Source: Bacteroidaceae bacterium (GTDB taxonomy: Bacteria; Bacteroidota; Bacteroidia; Bacteroidales; Bacteroidaceae). Taken from it: a stretch of 64,000 nucleotides of DNA. This document shows positions 36,793 through 45,904 of this stretch, in pieces (position 1 is the first letter of the stretch; each line of letters opens with the position of its first letter). The notes below the pieces were generated by a model that made no database searches, was not told where the DNA came from, and saw only the letters and a list, made by a program, of their open reading frames with translations. A program made the translations under genes and the position numbers. The stretch covers positions 9,871-73,870 of the forward strand of contig JAFYWV010000031.1 of assembly GCA_017546505.1 (NCBI GenBank), given 5' to 3'.

Positions 36793-37512
36793 ATGCCTTA
36801 CCGTCGACTGCCTAAAACAGACCAAGCCCGTATTCGTGCATTGAAGGCTGCTGTCAACAGCAGTGTAAGCGGTGGCGTTTTTACGAATGTATTGACACAC
36901 AACACCTATCACCGTGCAAAGGATTTGCTTGAGCGTTTTTCGCGCGAGGTGGATGTTTATAAGCGCTGTGTCACCGAGCAGGCTTCCAAACGTGGCAATG
37001 AGCAGTATGAGACTGCGCTCAAGAAGGCAAGAATGTATGTGTCACACTTTATTCAGGTGTTGAGTATGTGCATAATGCGTGGTGAGGTTGCCCGCAACAA
37101 GCGTCCCTATTATGGATTGCCCGAGAACGAGGATACTGTCCCAAATCTATTTTCCGAGGCTTCTGTCCTGGAGTGGGGGCAGAAGATAATAGCCGGTGAG
37201 CAACGTCGTCAAGCCGAGGGCGGTGTGCCAATATACAATCCTACAATGGGGCGCGTGTCGGTGGTCTTTGAACTTTTCAAGGAGATGTACGACAGGCAAC
37301 ATTTTTTGCAGAGCAGAACGGCCGAGGCGCTTGCAAACATTTCGAATATGCGCTTTGACGTTGATGAACTGATATATGAAATTTGGGGCGAGGTGGAAAA
37401 GGCTTTCGCTTCGCTCACCGGTGATGCCCGCATAAAAAAGTGCGCTGAATATGGCGTGATATATTACTATCGCCCCGACAGGGCTGCAAAAAACAACCAG
37501 GCAGATGATTGA
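36793..37512 (+). CDS. Conserved-looking hypothetical cytoplasmic protein (no recognisable domain)
   Basis: 239 aa with helical composition and no TM or signal peptide. It lies 13 nt after the prenyl synthase and overlaps the tatD start by 8 nt, which argues for real coding. Confidence 0.6.
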   Translation: MPYRRLPKTDQARIRALKAAVNSSVSGGVFTNVLTHNTYHRAKDLLERFSREVDVYKRCVTEQASKRGNEQYETALKKARMYVSHFIQVLSMCIMRGEVARNKRPYYGLPENEDTVPNLFSEASVLEWGQKIIAGEQRRQAEGGVPIYNPTMGRVSVVFELFKEMYDRQHFLQSRTAEALANISNMRFDVDELIYEIWGEVEKAFASLTGDARIKKCAEYGVIYYYRPDRAAKNNQADD

Positions 37513-38293
37513 ACTTGTTGATACACATACCCATCTTTTTACAGCCGAGTTTGATGTTGACAGAAGTGCTGCTGTGCAACGGGCATTGGATGCCGGCGTC
37601 GGGGCTTTGTGTCTGCCGGCTATAAACGAGGAGAGTTTGCCGTCGCTGATGGCTATGTGCGATGCTTTTCCCGGTGTGTGCTATCCAATGATTGGACTTC
37701 ATCCGACGGAACTTGGCGATGACTACAATTGTGTGCTCGACAGGATGTACAATATCCTGAAGAGCGATAATCGTATAGTGGCAATAGGTGAAGTGGGGCT
37801 TGATTATTATTGGGACGATACGAAAAAAGAGATGCAGAGGAGTGCTTTCCGCAGGCAGATTGAGTGGGCTTTGGAAACGGCTCTGCCATTGGCTATACAT
37901 TCACGCAGTGCCTTTGACGATTTATATACCATAATGAACGAATATCGCGGTCGTGGTCTTACAGGCGTTTTCCATTGTTTCTCGGGTAATGATGATGAAG
38001 CACGCAAACTTTTGTCGTTCGATGGCTTCTATTTGGGTATTGGCGGTGTGGTGACCTATAAAAAATCAACATTGCCCGATGTCTTGAAGTCTGTGCCACT
38101 TGAAAGGGTGCTGCTTGAGACCGATTCACCATATCTTGCTCCCGTGCCAAAGCGTGGCAAGCGCAACGAAAGCTCGTATGTTCCTTATATAGCGGATTTC
38201 TTGGCCGGTGTGTATGGCTGTCCTGTAGAAGAGGTGGCTTCTGTAACCACTGCCAATGCGCGTAATCTATTTACGAAAATTGCCAACAGATGA
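37505..38293 (+). CDS. tatD: TatD family metal-dependent hydrolase/DNase
   Basis: 262 aa with VDTHTHL, IGEVGLDYYW, AIHSR, VFHCFSG and ETDSPYLAP motifs. Confidence 0.9.
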   Translation: MIELVDTHTHLFTAEFDVDRSAAVQRALDAGVGALCLPAINEESLPSLMAMCDAFPGVCYPMIGLHPTELGDDYNCVLDRMYNILKSDNRIVAIGEVGLDYYWDDTKKEMQRSAFRRQIEWALETALPLAIHSRSAFDDLYTIMNEYRGRGLTGVFHCFSGNDDEARKLLSFDGFYLGIGGVVTYKKSTLPDVLKSVPLERVLLETDSPYLAPVPKRGKRNESSYVPYIADFLAGVYGCPVEEVASVTTANARNLFTKIANR

Positions 38294-39357
38294 ATTTAGA
38301 TAAAATTGATATATTCAGCACCGGCAGGCAACCGGTGGTCATTGCCGGTCCTTGCAGCGCCGAAAGTGAAGAGCAGGTAATGCAGGTGGCCGCAGAACTC
38401 TCAAAACGTGGAGTTGGCATCTTTAGGGCCGGTATCTGGAAACCTCGAACGCGTCCCGGATGTTTTGAAGGGGTCGGCAAGGTTGGTCTCTCCTGGTTGG
38501 CAAGGGTGAAAAAGGAATTGGGGTTGTGTGTCACTACCGAGGTGGCTACTGCAGAGCACGTAGAACAGGCTCTTGAAGCCGGTGTGGATATCTTGTGGGT
38601 GGGGGCTCGTACAACCACTAATCCGTTTGCTGTGCAGGAGGTTGCCGATGCGTTGCGTGGTTGTGATGTGCCTGTGTTTGTGAAAAATCCTGTAAATCCT
38701 GATATAGAACTGTGGATTGGAGCTATGGAGCGTCTTAATAATGCCGGTGTGACACGGATTGGTGCAATACATAGAGGGTTCTCCTCGTACGGTGAAAAGT
38801 GTTTCCGCAATGCTCCGCAGTGGCAACTTCCTATCGAGTTGCGCCGACGTCTTCCTGGTTTGCCGCTCTTGTGCGACCCTAGCCACATTGCCGGCAAACG
38901 TGAACTCATTTTGACTCTGTCGCAGCAGGCTATGGACTTGAATTTCGATGGTTTGATGATTGAGACACATTGCAACCCTTACTGCGCCTTGAGCGATGCC
39001 CGTCAACAGGTTACACCCGATGAACTGATGGCTATTCTTAGTAAACTGGTGCACCGTGTCGCTGTTGCCGACAATGCCGATTTTCAGTCATATCGTGAGC
39101 AGATGGATGAGATTGACAATGAGTTGATGAGGCTGTTGTCAAAGCGTATGGAGATTGCAAGGGAGATTGGAGAGCTCAAACGCGAGAAGGGTTTGATGGT
39201 TTTTCAGCCTTTGCGTTACAATGTGGTAATGGAACGTTGTGTGAAACAATGTGCCAATGGCAGGATTGATGCAGATGTGGTGCGTGAAATTTTCGAACTC
39301 ATACATTCCGAGAGTATTCGCCAGCAGCTCTCTGTAATGAACAGCAATGGTGCCTGA
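38290..39357 (+). CDS. Bifunctional 3-deoxy-7-phosphoheptulonate synthase (type I-beta) / chorismate mutase
   Basis: 355 aa with GPCSAES, RAGIWKPRT, CDPSH and ETH motifs. The C-terminal AroQ segment is IDNELMRLLSKRMEIAREIGELK. ATGA overlap with tatD. Confidence 0.9.
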   Translation: MNLDKIDIFSTGRQPVVIAGPCSAESEEQVMQVAAELSKRGVGIFRAGIWKPRTRPGCFEGVGKVGLSWLARVKKELGLCVTTEVATAEHVEQALEAGVDILWVGARTTTNPFAVQEVADALRGCDVPVFVKNPVNPDIELWIGAMERLNNAGVTRIGAIHRGFSSYGEKCFRNAPQWQLPIELRRRLPGLPLLCDPSHIAGKRELILTLSQQAMDLNFDGLMIETHCNPYCALSDARQQVTPDELMAILSKLVHRVAVADNADFQSYREQMDEIDNELMRLLSKRMEIAREIGELKREKGLMVFQPLRYNVVMERCVKQCANGRIDADVVREIFELIHSESIRQQLSVMNSNGA

Positions 39358-39360
39358 GAA

Positions 39361-40488
39361 ATGATGCGTTTTCTCAAAAATACACAGATTTATTTATTTC
39401 TGACTGTGCTTCTGTTCTCTTGCGGAGGCGCAAAGGAGCATTTTTCGCCGCTGGATGGTGAGATTGTGCCAATGCGTTACTCTTCGCTTCTTTCGATCGT
39501 AGAGTGTGAAGGTTATACGGCCGTTGATATATCAGACCCCTGGGGCGGCAGGATAATGCAACGCTATCTGCTTGTGCCATCGGCGGCAGAACTTCCTGAA
39601 AATTTGCCATCAGGCGTGTTGTTGCGTACACCGCTTGATGATGTGATACTCTTTTCGGGGGTGCACGCAGGCTTGCTTGAGGAGTTTGGTGTCTCTGGGG
39701 CTGTCAAAGGTATATGTGATGCCGGGTATTTCTATTGTGAAGCCATTTCAGACAGGCTTGCGGCAGGGAGTGTCGTTGACTGCGGCAGTTCGCTGAATGT
39801 GGATGCCGAGGCTGTAATGCAGGTGTCGCCCGATGCCATCTTTGTCCTCCCCTATGAGAATGGCGGTTTTGGCAAACTCGAAAATATGGGTTTTCCTCTT
39901 GTCCTTTGTGCCGATTATATGGAGGGTTCTCCTCTTGCTTGTGCCGAGTGGATGCGTTTCTATGGCCGTTTGTTTGGGCTTGGTGTCAAAAGCGATTCTC
40001 TTTTTTCGGTTGTTTGCAATGAATACGAGACTTTAAGTGGGGTGGCCAGAGCGGTGAGGCATCGTCCGAAATTGATGTGTGAACTCAAAAGCAGTTCTGC
40101 CTGGTATGTACCCAGTGGTGAAAGCACTATGGGGCGGATGTATGCCGATGCAGGTGCTGATTATCTCTTTTCCGACTGCAAGGGTAGTGGCTCTGTGCCA
40201 CTATCGTACGAGGTGGTGCTCGACAAAGCTGCCGACGCCGATGTGTGGTTGTTCAAGTATAATTCTGTTTCGGACAAGGGGTACGCTTCTCTGATGTCTG
40301 ATTTTGCAGGATATTCCTATTTCAAGCCTTTCAAACAGCGCAATGTATATGCTTGCAATACACGCTACAGGCATCTGTTCGAGGAGACCGCCTTTCACCC
40401 CGAGAGGTTGTTGAAGGAGCTGGTTGCTGTTTTTCATCCCGGATTGTTGAATGATTACTCGCTGCAATATTATGAGAAGATGCGTTGA
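39361..40488 (+). CDS. ABC transporter substrate-binding lipoprotein (class 8, siderophore/cobalamin/heme type)
   Basis: 375 aa with lipobox LFSCGG. Length and composition fit Peripla_BP_2-like proteins. It is followed directly by a FecCD permease. Confidence 0.65.
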   Translation: MMRFLKNTQIYLFLTVLLFSCGGAKEHFSPLDGEIVPMRYSSLLSIVECEGYTAVDISDPWGGRIMQRYLLVPSAAELPENLPSGVLLRTPLDDVILFSGVHAGLLEEFGVSGAVKGICDAGYFYCEAISDRLAAGSVVDCGSSLNVDAEAVMQVSPDAIFVLPYENGGFGKLENMGFPLVLCADYMEGSPLACAEWMRFYGRLFGLGVKSDSLFSVVCNEYETLSGVARAVRHRPKLMCELKSSSAWYVPSGESTMGRMYADAGADYLFSDCKGSGSVPLSYEVVLDKAADADVWLFKYNSVSDKGYASLMSDFAGYSYFKPFKQRNVYACNTRYRHLFEETAFHPERLLKELVAVFHPGLLNDYSLQYYEKMR

Positions 40489-41494
40489 CAGAAGTTTTTT
40501 TGCCTATGCTTTGGCTGCGTTGCTGTTGCTTCTGCTGTTTGCTGCAAATTTGCTGTATGGAAGTATAGACATTCCTTGCAGTGAGGTGCTGTCAATTGTA
40601 ACCGGTGGTGAGTGCCGGCGTGATGTGTGGCGTGTTGTTGTGCTTGAGACTCGTCTGCCGCAGGCACTGACAGCGTTGCTTGCCGGCGCTTCGATTTCTG
40701 TTGCCGGTCTGCTGCTGCAGACTCTTTTCCGTAATCCTCTTGCCGGTCCTGAGGTGTTGGGCGTAAACAGTGGTGCCGGGCTTGGTGTGGCACTTGTGAT
40801 GCTATTGCTTGGTGGTGTGTCTATGTTCGGTCTTGGCGGCTATTTTGCTGTGCTTGGCGGAGCTTTTGCCGGTGCGCTCTTTGTCATTGCTATAATTTTG
40901 CTGCTTGCTACACTTTTGCGCAATAATATGTTCCTGTTGATAGCCGGTGTGGCTGTCAGCTACATAACATCATCGGCAATAACTCTGCTGAACTATTTCT
41001 CCACTGCCGAGGGTGTGCATTCATATATGGTTTGGGGAATGGGCTCTTTCGGTGGCGTGACAATGCAACAGTTGCCTTTCTTTGCTTCGGTTGTGCTATT
41101 GCTTTTGCTTGTGTCGTTCTCAATGTCAAAGCCTCTGAATGCGTTGTTGCTTGGTGATGCTTATGCCATAAATCTTGGAGTGAACGTAAAAGCAGTGCGT
41201 GGTGCGGCATTGTGTGTCACCGGCCTTCTGGCTGCTGTTGTGACAGCATTCTGCGGTCCGGTTGCTTTTATAGGCCTTGCCGTGCCTCATATTGCCCGTA
41301 TTTCAATGCGCAGCAGCAGCCACCATCATCTGATACCAGCCACCATAATACTTGGTGGTGCTGTGGCTCTTTTGTGCAATATTGTGTGCCAGATGCCGGG
41401 TAGTAGCGGCCTTTTGCCTTTGGGTGCCGTGACTCCGTTGATAGGTGCACCAGTAATAATATATGTTGTTATTAAAAATTGCGCTTTAAGATAG
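40472..41494 (+). CDS. FecCD-family ABC permease (iron-siderophore/cobalamin type)
   Basis: About 340 aa with some 9 TM helices. LRNPLAGPEVLGVNSGAGLG and GPVAFIGLAVPHIAR are FecCD signatures. The start overlaps the SBP stop. Confidence 0.85.
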   Translation: MRRCVDRSFFAYALAALLLLLLFAANLLYGSIDIPCSEVLSIVTGGECRRDVWRVVVLETRLPQALTALLAGASISVAGLLLQTLFRNPLAGPEVLGVNSGAGLGVALVMLLLGGVSMFGLGGYFAVLGGAFAGALFVIAIILLLATLLRNNMFLLIAGVAVSYITSSAITLLNYFSTAEGVHSYMVWGMGSFGGVTMQQLPFFASVVLLLLLVSFSMSKPLNALLLGDAYAINLGVNVKAVRGAALCVTGLLAAVVTAFCGPVAFIGLAVPHIARISMRSSSHHHLIPATIILGGAVALLCNIVCQMPGSSGLLPLGAVTPLIGAPVIIYVVIKNCALR

Positions 41495-41547
41495 TGTTGC
41501 CACAGAGGAAAAGAGCCCTGTTAAATGCAAAATATTTTCTTTCCAGT

Positions 41548-41579
41548 TTTGTATATGCTGAAAAAATAGACTAATTTTG
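41548..41579 (+). promoter_or_regulatory. Promoter TTTG-N20-TAatTTTG for the ilv operon
   Basis: TTTG at 41548-41551, a 20-nt spacer, then TAATTTTG at 41572-41579. This gives a leader of about 105 nt before the ilvD ATG. Confidence 0.6.
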
Positions 41580-41642
41580 CAACCGATTTTGAATGTGTTC
41601 GGCTGTTGTTGAATTAATGACATTCAGCGACTTCCGTAACTC

Positions 41643-41676
41643 CCCTTTCTCTATTGTCGGAAAGGGTGTTTTTATT
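41643..41676 (+). promoter_or_regulatory. Terminator-like hairpin inside the ilvD leader (candidate attenuator)
   Basis: 7-bp stem ccctttc / gaaaggg, a 10-nt loop, then tgtttttatt, ending 16 nt before the ATG at 41692. Upstream cttccg (41631-41636) can pair with cggaaag in the loop and 3' arm. Confidence 0.4.
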
Positions 41677-41691
41677 ATAAAATTCAGCAAT

Positions 41692-43494
41692 ATGAAGATA
41701 AAGTTAAGAAGCGCCCAATGTACCGAAGGCCGTCGTATGGCCGGTGCTCGTGCACTATGGATTGCCAACGGTATGAAGCGCGAGATGTTCGGTAAACCAA
41801 TCATTGCTATTGCCAACTCCTTTACGCAACTTGTCCCCGGGCACACTCATCTGCACGAGGCCGGGCAGATTGTAAAGGCGGAAATTGAGAAACTTGGCTG
41901 TTATGCAGCCGAGTTCAACACCATTGCCATAGACGATGGAATTGCTATGGGACACGATGGAATGCTCTATTCATTGCCCTCACGCGACATCATTGCCGAC
42001 AGTGTTGAGTATATGTGCAATGCCCACAAGGTAGATGCTTTGGTATGTATCTCCAACTGCGACAAGATTACTCCGGGAATGCTTATGGCTGCGATGCGCC
42101 TCAATATCCCCACAATTTTTGTCTCGGGTGGTCCAATGGAAAAGGGTACTTGGAAAAATGAAAATCTCGACCTTGTAATCGCTATGGTAAAGGCTGCCGA
42201 CAATAGCGTCGGCGATGAAGAGCTTGCCGAGATTGAGAAACGTTCCTGCCCCGGTTGTGGCAGCTGTTCGGGTATGTTTACCGCAAACTCAATGAACTCG
42301 CTTACAGAGGCTATCGGTCTCTCATTGCCCGGTAACGGAACAATACTTGCAACCCACGCCAACCGTGTGCAGTTGCTGAAGGATGCTGCAAAACAGATTG
42401 TTGTCAATGCAATGAAATATTATGGTGACGGCGACGAGAGTGTCCTGCCGCGCAGCATCGCAACACGTGCTGCTTTCATCAATGCAATGACGCTTGATAT
42501 TGCAATGGGCGGTTCAACAAATACCATCCTTCACCTGCTGGCTGTTGCCCGCGAGGCCGGTGTCGACTTTACAATGACTGACATTGACGCGCTAAGCCGT
42601 CGTGTACCTTGTCTGAGCAAACTTGCACCAAACAGTGCAAAGTATTCAATGCAGGATTGTGGCCGTGCCGGTGGAATACTTGGTATCTTGGGTGAACTTG
42701 CCAAAGGTGGTTTGCTCGATACGACGGTAGTGCGTGTGAATGGAGCGACACTTGGTGAGGATATTGCAAGATACTGCATTACCGGTGATAGTATAGATAG
42801 TGAGGCTCTGCGTATATACAGCACTGCACCAGCAAATGTATTCTGCAATACAATGGGTGCACAGGAGTGCACTTATGATACTCTCGACACAGACAGGGAG
42901 AACGGCTGTATACGTTCACTTGAGAATGCTTATACCCGCGATGGCGGTCTTGCCATTCTCTTTGGAAATATTGCAAAAGACGGCTGTGTGGTAAAGACTG
43001 CAGGTGTTGATGAGAGTATCTGGAAATTCAGTGGCAGGGCAAAGGTGTTCGACTCGCAGGAGGCTGCAGTAGAGGGTATCCTCGGCGGTGCAGTGCAGGC
43101 CGGTGATGTTGTTGTCATTGTGTACGAAGGTCCAAAGGGTGGTCCGGGTATGCAGGAGATGCTCTATCCCACATCATACATAAAATCCCGTCATCTTGGC
43201 AAGGAGTGTGCTCTAATCACCGATGGACGTTTCAGTGGCGGAACATCGGGATTGAGTATCGGTCACATATCGCCCGAGGCTGCGGCAGGCGGCAATATAG
43301 GCAAACTGCGTGACGGTGATATAATTGATATTGATATTCCTGCACGTACAATCAACGTAAGGCTCAGCGACGAGGAACTTGCTGCACGTACAATGTTCCC
43401 GCTCACACGTGACCGTGTCATCTCAAAGAGCCTCAAAGCGTACGCTTCAATGGTAAGTTCGGCCGACAAAGGCGGTATTAGAATTATTGAATAA
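41692..43494 (+). CDS. ilvD: Dihydroxy-acid dehydratase
   Basis: The ATG at 41692 gives [23 protein letters not shown], the canonical IlvD N-terminus. Motifs [24 protein letters not shown] and TDGRFSGG are present. The track start at 41593 is an in-frame extension. Confidence 0.95.
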   Translation: MKIKLRSAQCTEGRRMAGARALWIANGMKREMFGKPIIAIANSFTQLVPGHTHLHEAGQIVKAEIEKLGCYAAEFNTIAIDDGIAMGHDGMLYSLPSRDIIADSVEYMCNAHKVDALVCISNCDKITPGMLMAAMRLNIPTIFVSGGPMEKGTWKNENLDLVIAMVKAADNSVGDEELAEIEKRSCPGCGSCSGMFTANSMNSLTEAIGLSLPGNGTILATHANRVQLLKDAAKQIVVNAMKYYGDGDESVLPRSIATRAAFINAMTLDIAMGGSTNTILHLLAVAREAGVDFTMTDIDALSRRVPCLSKLAPNSAKYSMQDCGRAGGILGILGELAKGGLLDTTVVRVNGATLGEDIARYCITGDSIDSEALRIYSTAPANVFCNTMGAQECTYDTLDTDRENGCIRSLENAYTRDGGLAILFGNIAKDGCVVKTAGVDESIWKFSGRAKVFDSQEAAVEGILGGAVQAGDVVVIVYEGPKGGPGMQEMLYPTSYIKSRHLGKECALITDGRFSGGTSGLSIGHISPEAAAGGNIGKLRDGDIIDIDIPARTINVRLSDEELAARTMFPLTRDRVISKSLKAYASMVSSADKGGIRIIE

Positions 43495-43501
43495 GAGATA
43501 T

Positions 43502-45196
43502 ATGAACAAAGATATGATAACAGGCAGTGAAGCGCTTTTGCGTTCACTCATCAACGAAGGTGTAGATACAATATTCGGATATCCGGGCGGTTCAATTATG
43601 CCGGTGTTCGATGCCTTGTATGACCACCGTAATGATTTTCGCAATGTGCTTGTGCGTCACGAGCAAGGTGCTGTGCACGCCGCGCAGGGGTATGCCCGCA
43701 GTTCGGGCAAAGTAGGTGTCTGCATTGTTACAAGCGGCCCGGGAGCAACAAATACACTGACCGGCATCAGTGATGCAATGCTCGACAGTACACCGGTGGT
43801 TGTCATTGCCGGTCAGGTAAGTTCGTCGGTGCTTGGTACCGATGCGTTTCAGGAGATTGATTTTGTCGGTATAACACAGCCAATTACAAAGTGGAGCTAT
43901 CAGGTGCGTCGTCCCGAAGACGTGGCTTGGGCAGTGGCGCGTGCTTTTTATATTGCCGGTACTGGTCGTCCGGGCCCGGTAGTGCTCGACTTTACAAAGG
44001 ATGCCCAGGTGTCAATGGTCGATTATCAGCCGGCAATGGTGGACAGTGTGCGCAGTTACATTCCTTATCCCACACCCTCAGCCAGCGCTATAGCCGAGGC
44101 TGTGCGTCTTATAAATGAGGCAGAACGTCCATTTCTGCTCGTCGGACAAGGTGTTGAACTTGGTGAGGCTCACGAGGAGCTGAAGGCGTTTGTCGAGAAG
44201 AGCGGCATTCCTGTTGCACGTACACTTATGGGGCTCTCTGCTTTTCCTACAGACCATCCATTGTGTGTGGGTATGTTGGGAATGCACGGCAATTATGGAC
44301 CTAACGTCAATACCAACAAATGCGATTTGCTCATTGCTGTCGGAATGCGTTTCAGTGACCGTGTTACAGGCAAACTGTCAACATACGCAAAGCAGGCAAA
44401 AGTCATTCACATAGATATTGATCACGCCGAAATCAGCAAGAACGTAAATGCTGATGTTCCCATTGTCGGCGATTGCAAGGAGGTTCTTGCAAATCTGACA
44501 GCTCTTGTACAACCAAGAGAGCACGGTGAGTGGGTGAAGAGTTTTGCCGAGTATAATGCAATAGAGTATGACAAGGTGATTGACAAGGCGTTGCACCCGA
44601 CTGAAGGTCCTTTGCTTATGGGTGAAGTTGCACGCAAGGTGAGTGAGGCTACAGCGAACAAGGCTATACTTGTTACCGATGTCGGTCAAAATCAGATGAT
44701 GTCGAGCCGTTATTTCAAGTTCACACAGCCACACAGCATTCTCACATCGGGCGGTCTTGGAACAATGGGCTACGGTTTGCCTGCCGCTATCGGAGCAAAG
44801 ATGGCAATGCCTGAGCGCACAGTGTGTCTCTTCACCGGCGACGGTGGTTTCCAGATGAATATACAGGAGCTTGGAACAATAATGGAGCAGGGTGTCGGTG
44901 TAAAGATGATTCTCCTCAACAACAACTATCTTGGCAACGTACGCCAATGGCAGGAGCTCTTCTTTGACCACCGCTATTCGTGGACGCCTATGCTCAACCC
45001 CGAGTATTCACTTATAGCCCAAGGTTACGGTATCCCATCGCGTCTTGTTATTGAGCGTGAAGAACTAGACTCCGCTATTGAAGAGATGCTCTCAACCGAT
45101 GGTCCCTTCCTTCTGCACGTTGCCGTTAAAGAGGAGGATAATGTTATGCCAATGACCGAGCCCGGAGCAACAATCAGTGATATGAGATTTGAATAA
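43502..45196 (+). CDS. ilvB: Acetolactate synthase large (catalytic) subunit
   Basis: The ATG at 43502 gives MNKDMITGSEALLRSL. ThDP enzyme motifs are GYPGG, TSGPGATN and GDGGFQMN...NNNYLG. Confidence 0.93.
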   Translation: MNKDMITGSEALLRSLINEGVDTIFGYPGGSIMPVFDALYDHRNDFRNVLVRHEQGAVHAAQGYARSSGKVGVCIVTSGPGATNTLTGISDAMLDSTPVVVIAGQVSSSVLGTDAFQEIDFVGITQPITKWSYQVRRPEDVAWAVARAFYIAGTGRPGPVVLDFTKDAQVSMVDYQPAMVDSVRSYIPYPTPSASAIAEAVRLINEAERPFLLVGQGVELGEAHEELKAFVEKSGIPVARTLMGLSAFPTDHPLCVGMLGMHGNYGPNVNTNKCDLLIAVGMRFSDRVTGKLSTYAKQAKVIHIDIDHAEISKNVNADVPIVGDCKEVLANLTALVQPREHGEWVKSFAEYNAIEYDKVIDKALHPTEGPLLMGEVARKVSEATANKAILVTDVGQNQMMSSRYFKFTQPHSILTSGGLGTMGYGLPAAIGAKMAMPERTVCLFTGDGGFQMNIQELGTIMEQGVGVKMILLNNNYLGNVRQWQELFFDHRYSWTPMLNPEYSLIAQGYGIPSRLVIEREELDSAIEEMLSTDGPFLLHVAVKEEDNVMPMTEPGATISDMRFE

Positions 45197-45203
45197 TGAC
45201 ACT

Positions 45204-45755
45204 ATGGAAAAGAAACTGTTTACAATAATCATATATACCGAGAATATTGCCGGTATGCTCAATCAGGTGACAGCCGAGTTCACCCGCAGAATGATGAACA
45301 TTGATACAATTACGGCGTCTTCATCCTCAATCGAGGGTGTTCACCGCTATACAATATCATTGTGGGGTGAGGAGGATTCAGTGAATAAAGTCACCAAGCG
45401 TATTGAAAAGAAGGTAGATGTCCTCAAGGCCGATTACTACACCGACAAGGAAATCTTCTTTCAGGAGGTTGCGTTGTACAAACTGTCAACTCCAAAAATC
45501 CTTGAGAACAGCGAGATTTCAAGGGTTATACGCCACAGCAACGCCCGTATTATGGAGGTCAATCCCAACTACACAGTTGTCGAGGTTACCGGTTCAACCG
45601 ATACGGTAGTGAACCTTTACAACGAGTTCGTGTCGTTGCAGTGTATGTTACAGTTCGTTAAATCGGGTCGTGTTGCTGTGCCTCGTGCCTTGCACGACAA
45701 TCAGGCCGATTTGCTATTCAATGAAGACTACAAGCGAAAGTCGATGGGCAGATGA
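45204..45755 (+). CDS. ilvN: Acetolactate synthase small (regulatory, ACT-domain) subunit
   Basis: The ATG at 45204 gives MEKKLFTIIIYTENIAGMLNQVTAEFTRR, an ACT fold start. It sits directly after ilvB. Confidence 0.8.
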   Translation: MEKKLFTIIIYTENIAGMLNQVTAEFTRRMMNIDTITASSSSIEGVHRYTISLWGEEDSVNKVTKRIEKKVDVLKADYYTDKEIFFQEVALYKLSTPKILENSEISRVIRHSNARIMEVNPNYTVVEVTGSTDTVVNLYNEFVSLQCMLQFVKSGRVAVPRALHDNQADLLFNEDYKRKSMGR

Positions 45756-45759
45756 ATGA

Positions 45760-45792
45760 CAAAAGAAGTTCCTCGTGAACTTCTTTTGTTTT
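45760..45792 (+). terminator. Intrinsic terminator ending the ilvDBN operon
   Basis: 12-bp perfect stem caaaagaagttc / gaacttcttttg, loop ctcgt, followed by tttta. Confidence 0.75.
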
Positions 45793-45864
45793 ATATAGTC
45801 ATCAAATAGGGAAAATCCTCCATTGTAATAGGAATTTTCCCTCTCATTTCCCATTTTGTATATC

Positions 45865-45872
45865 TATTTTTG
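45865..45872 (+). promoter_or_regulatory. -7 box TAttTTTG upstream of the repeat-protein gene
   Basis: tcTATTTTTGta lies 33 nt upstream of the ATG at 45905. Confidence 0.4.
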
Positions 45873-45904
45873 TATCGGATAAAAAGAATTAAATATATAC
45901 GGCT

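Noticed and set aside
38271-39054. 234-aa and 217-aa minus-strand ORFs
   Set aside because: They are antisense to the DAHP synthase/chorismate mutase gene, which has clear catalytic motifs.
41593-41691. 33-aa N-terminal extension of IlvD as the annotated start
   Set aside because: The canonical IlvD N-terminus (MK..LRS....[11 protein letters not shown]) starts at 41692, and the extension covers a terminator-like hairpin. It is kept only as a possible regulatory upstream frame (see findings).
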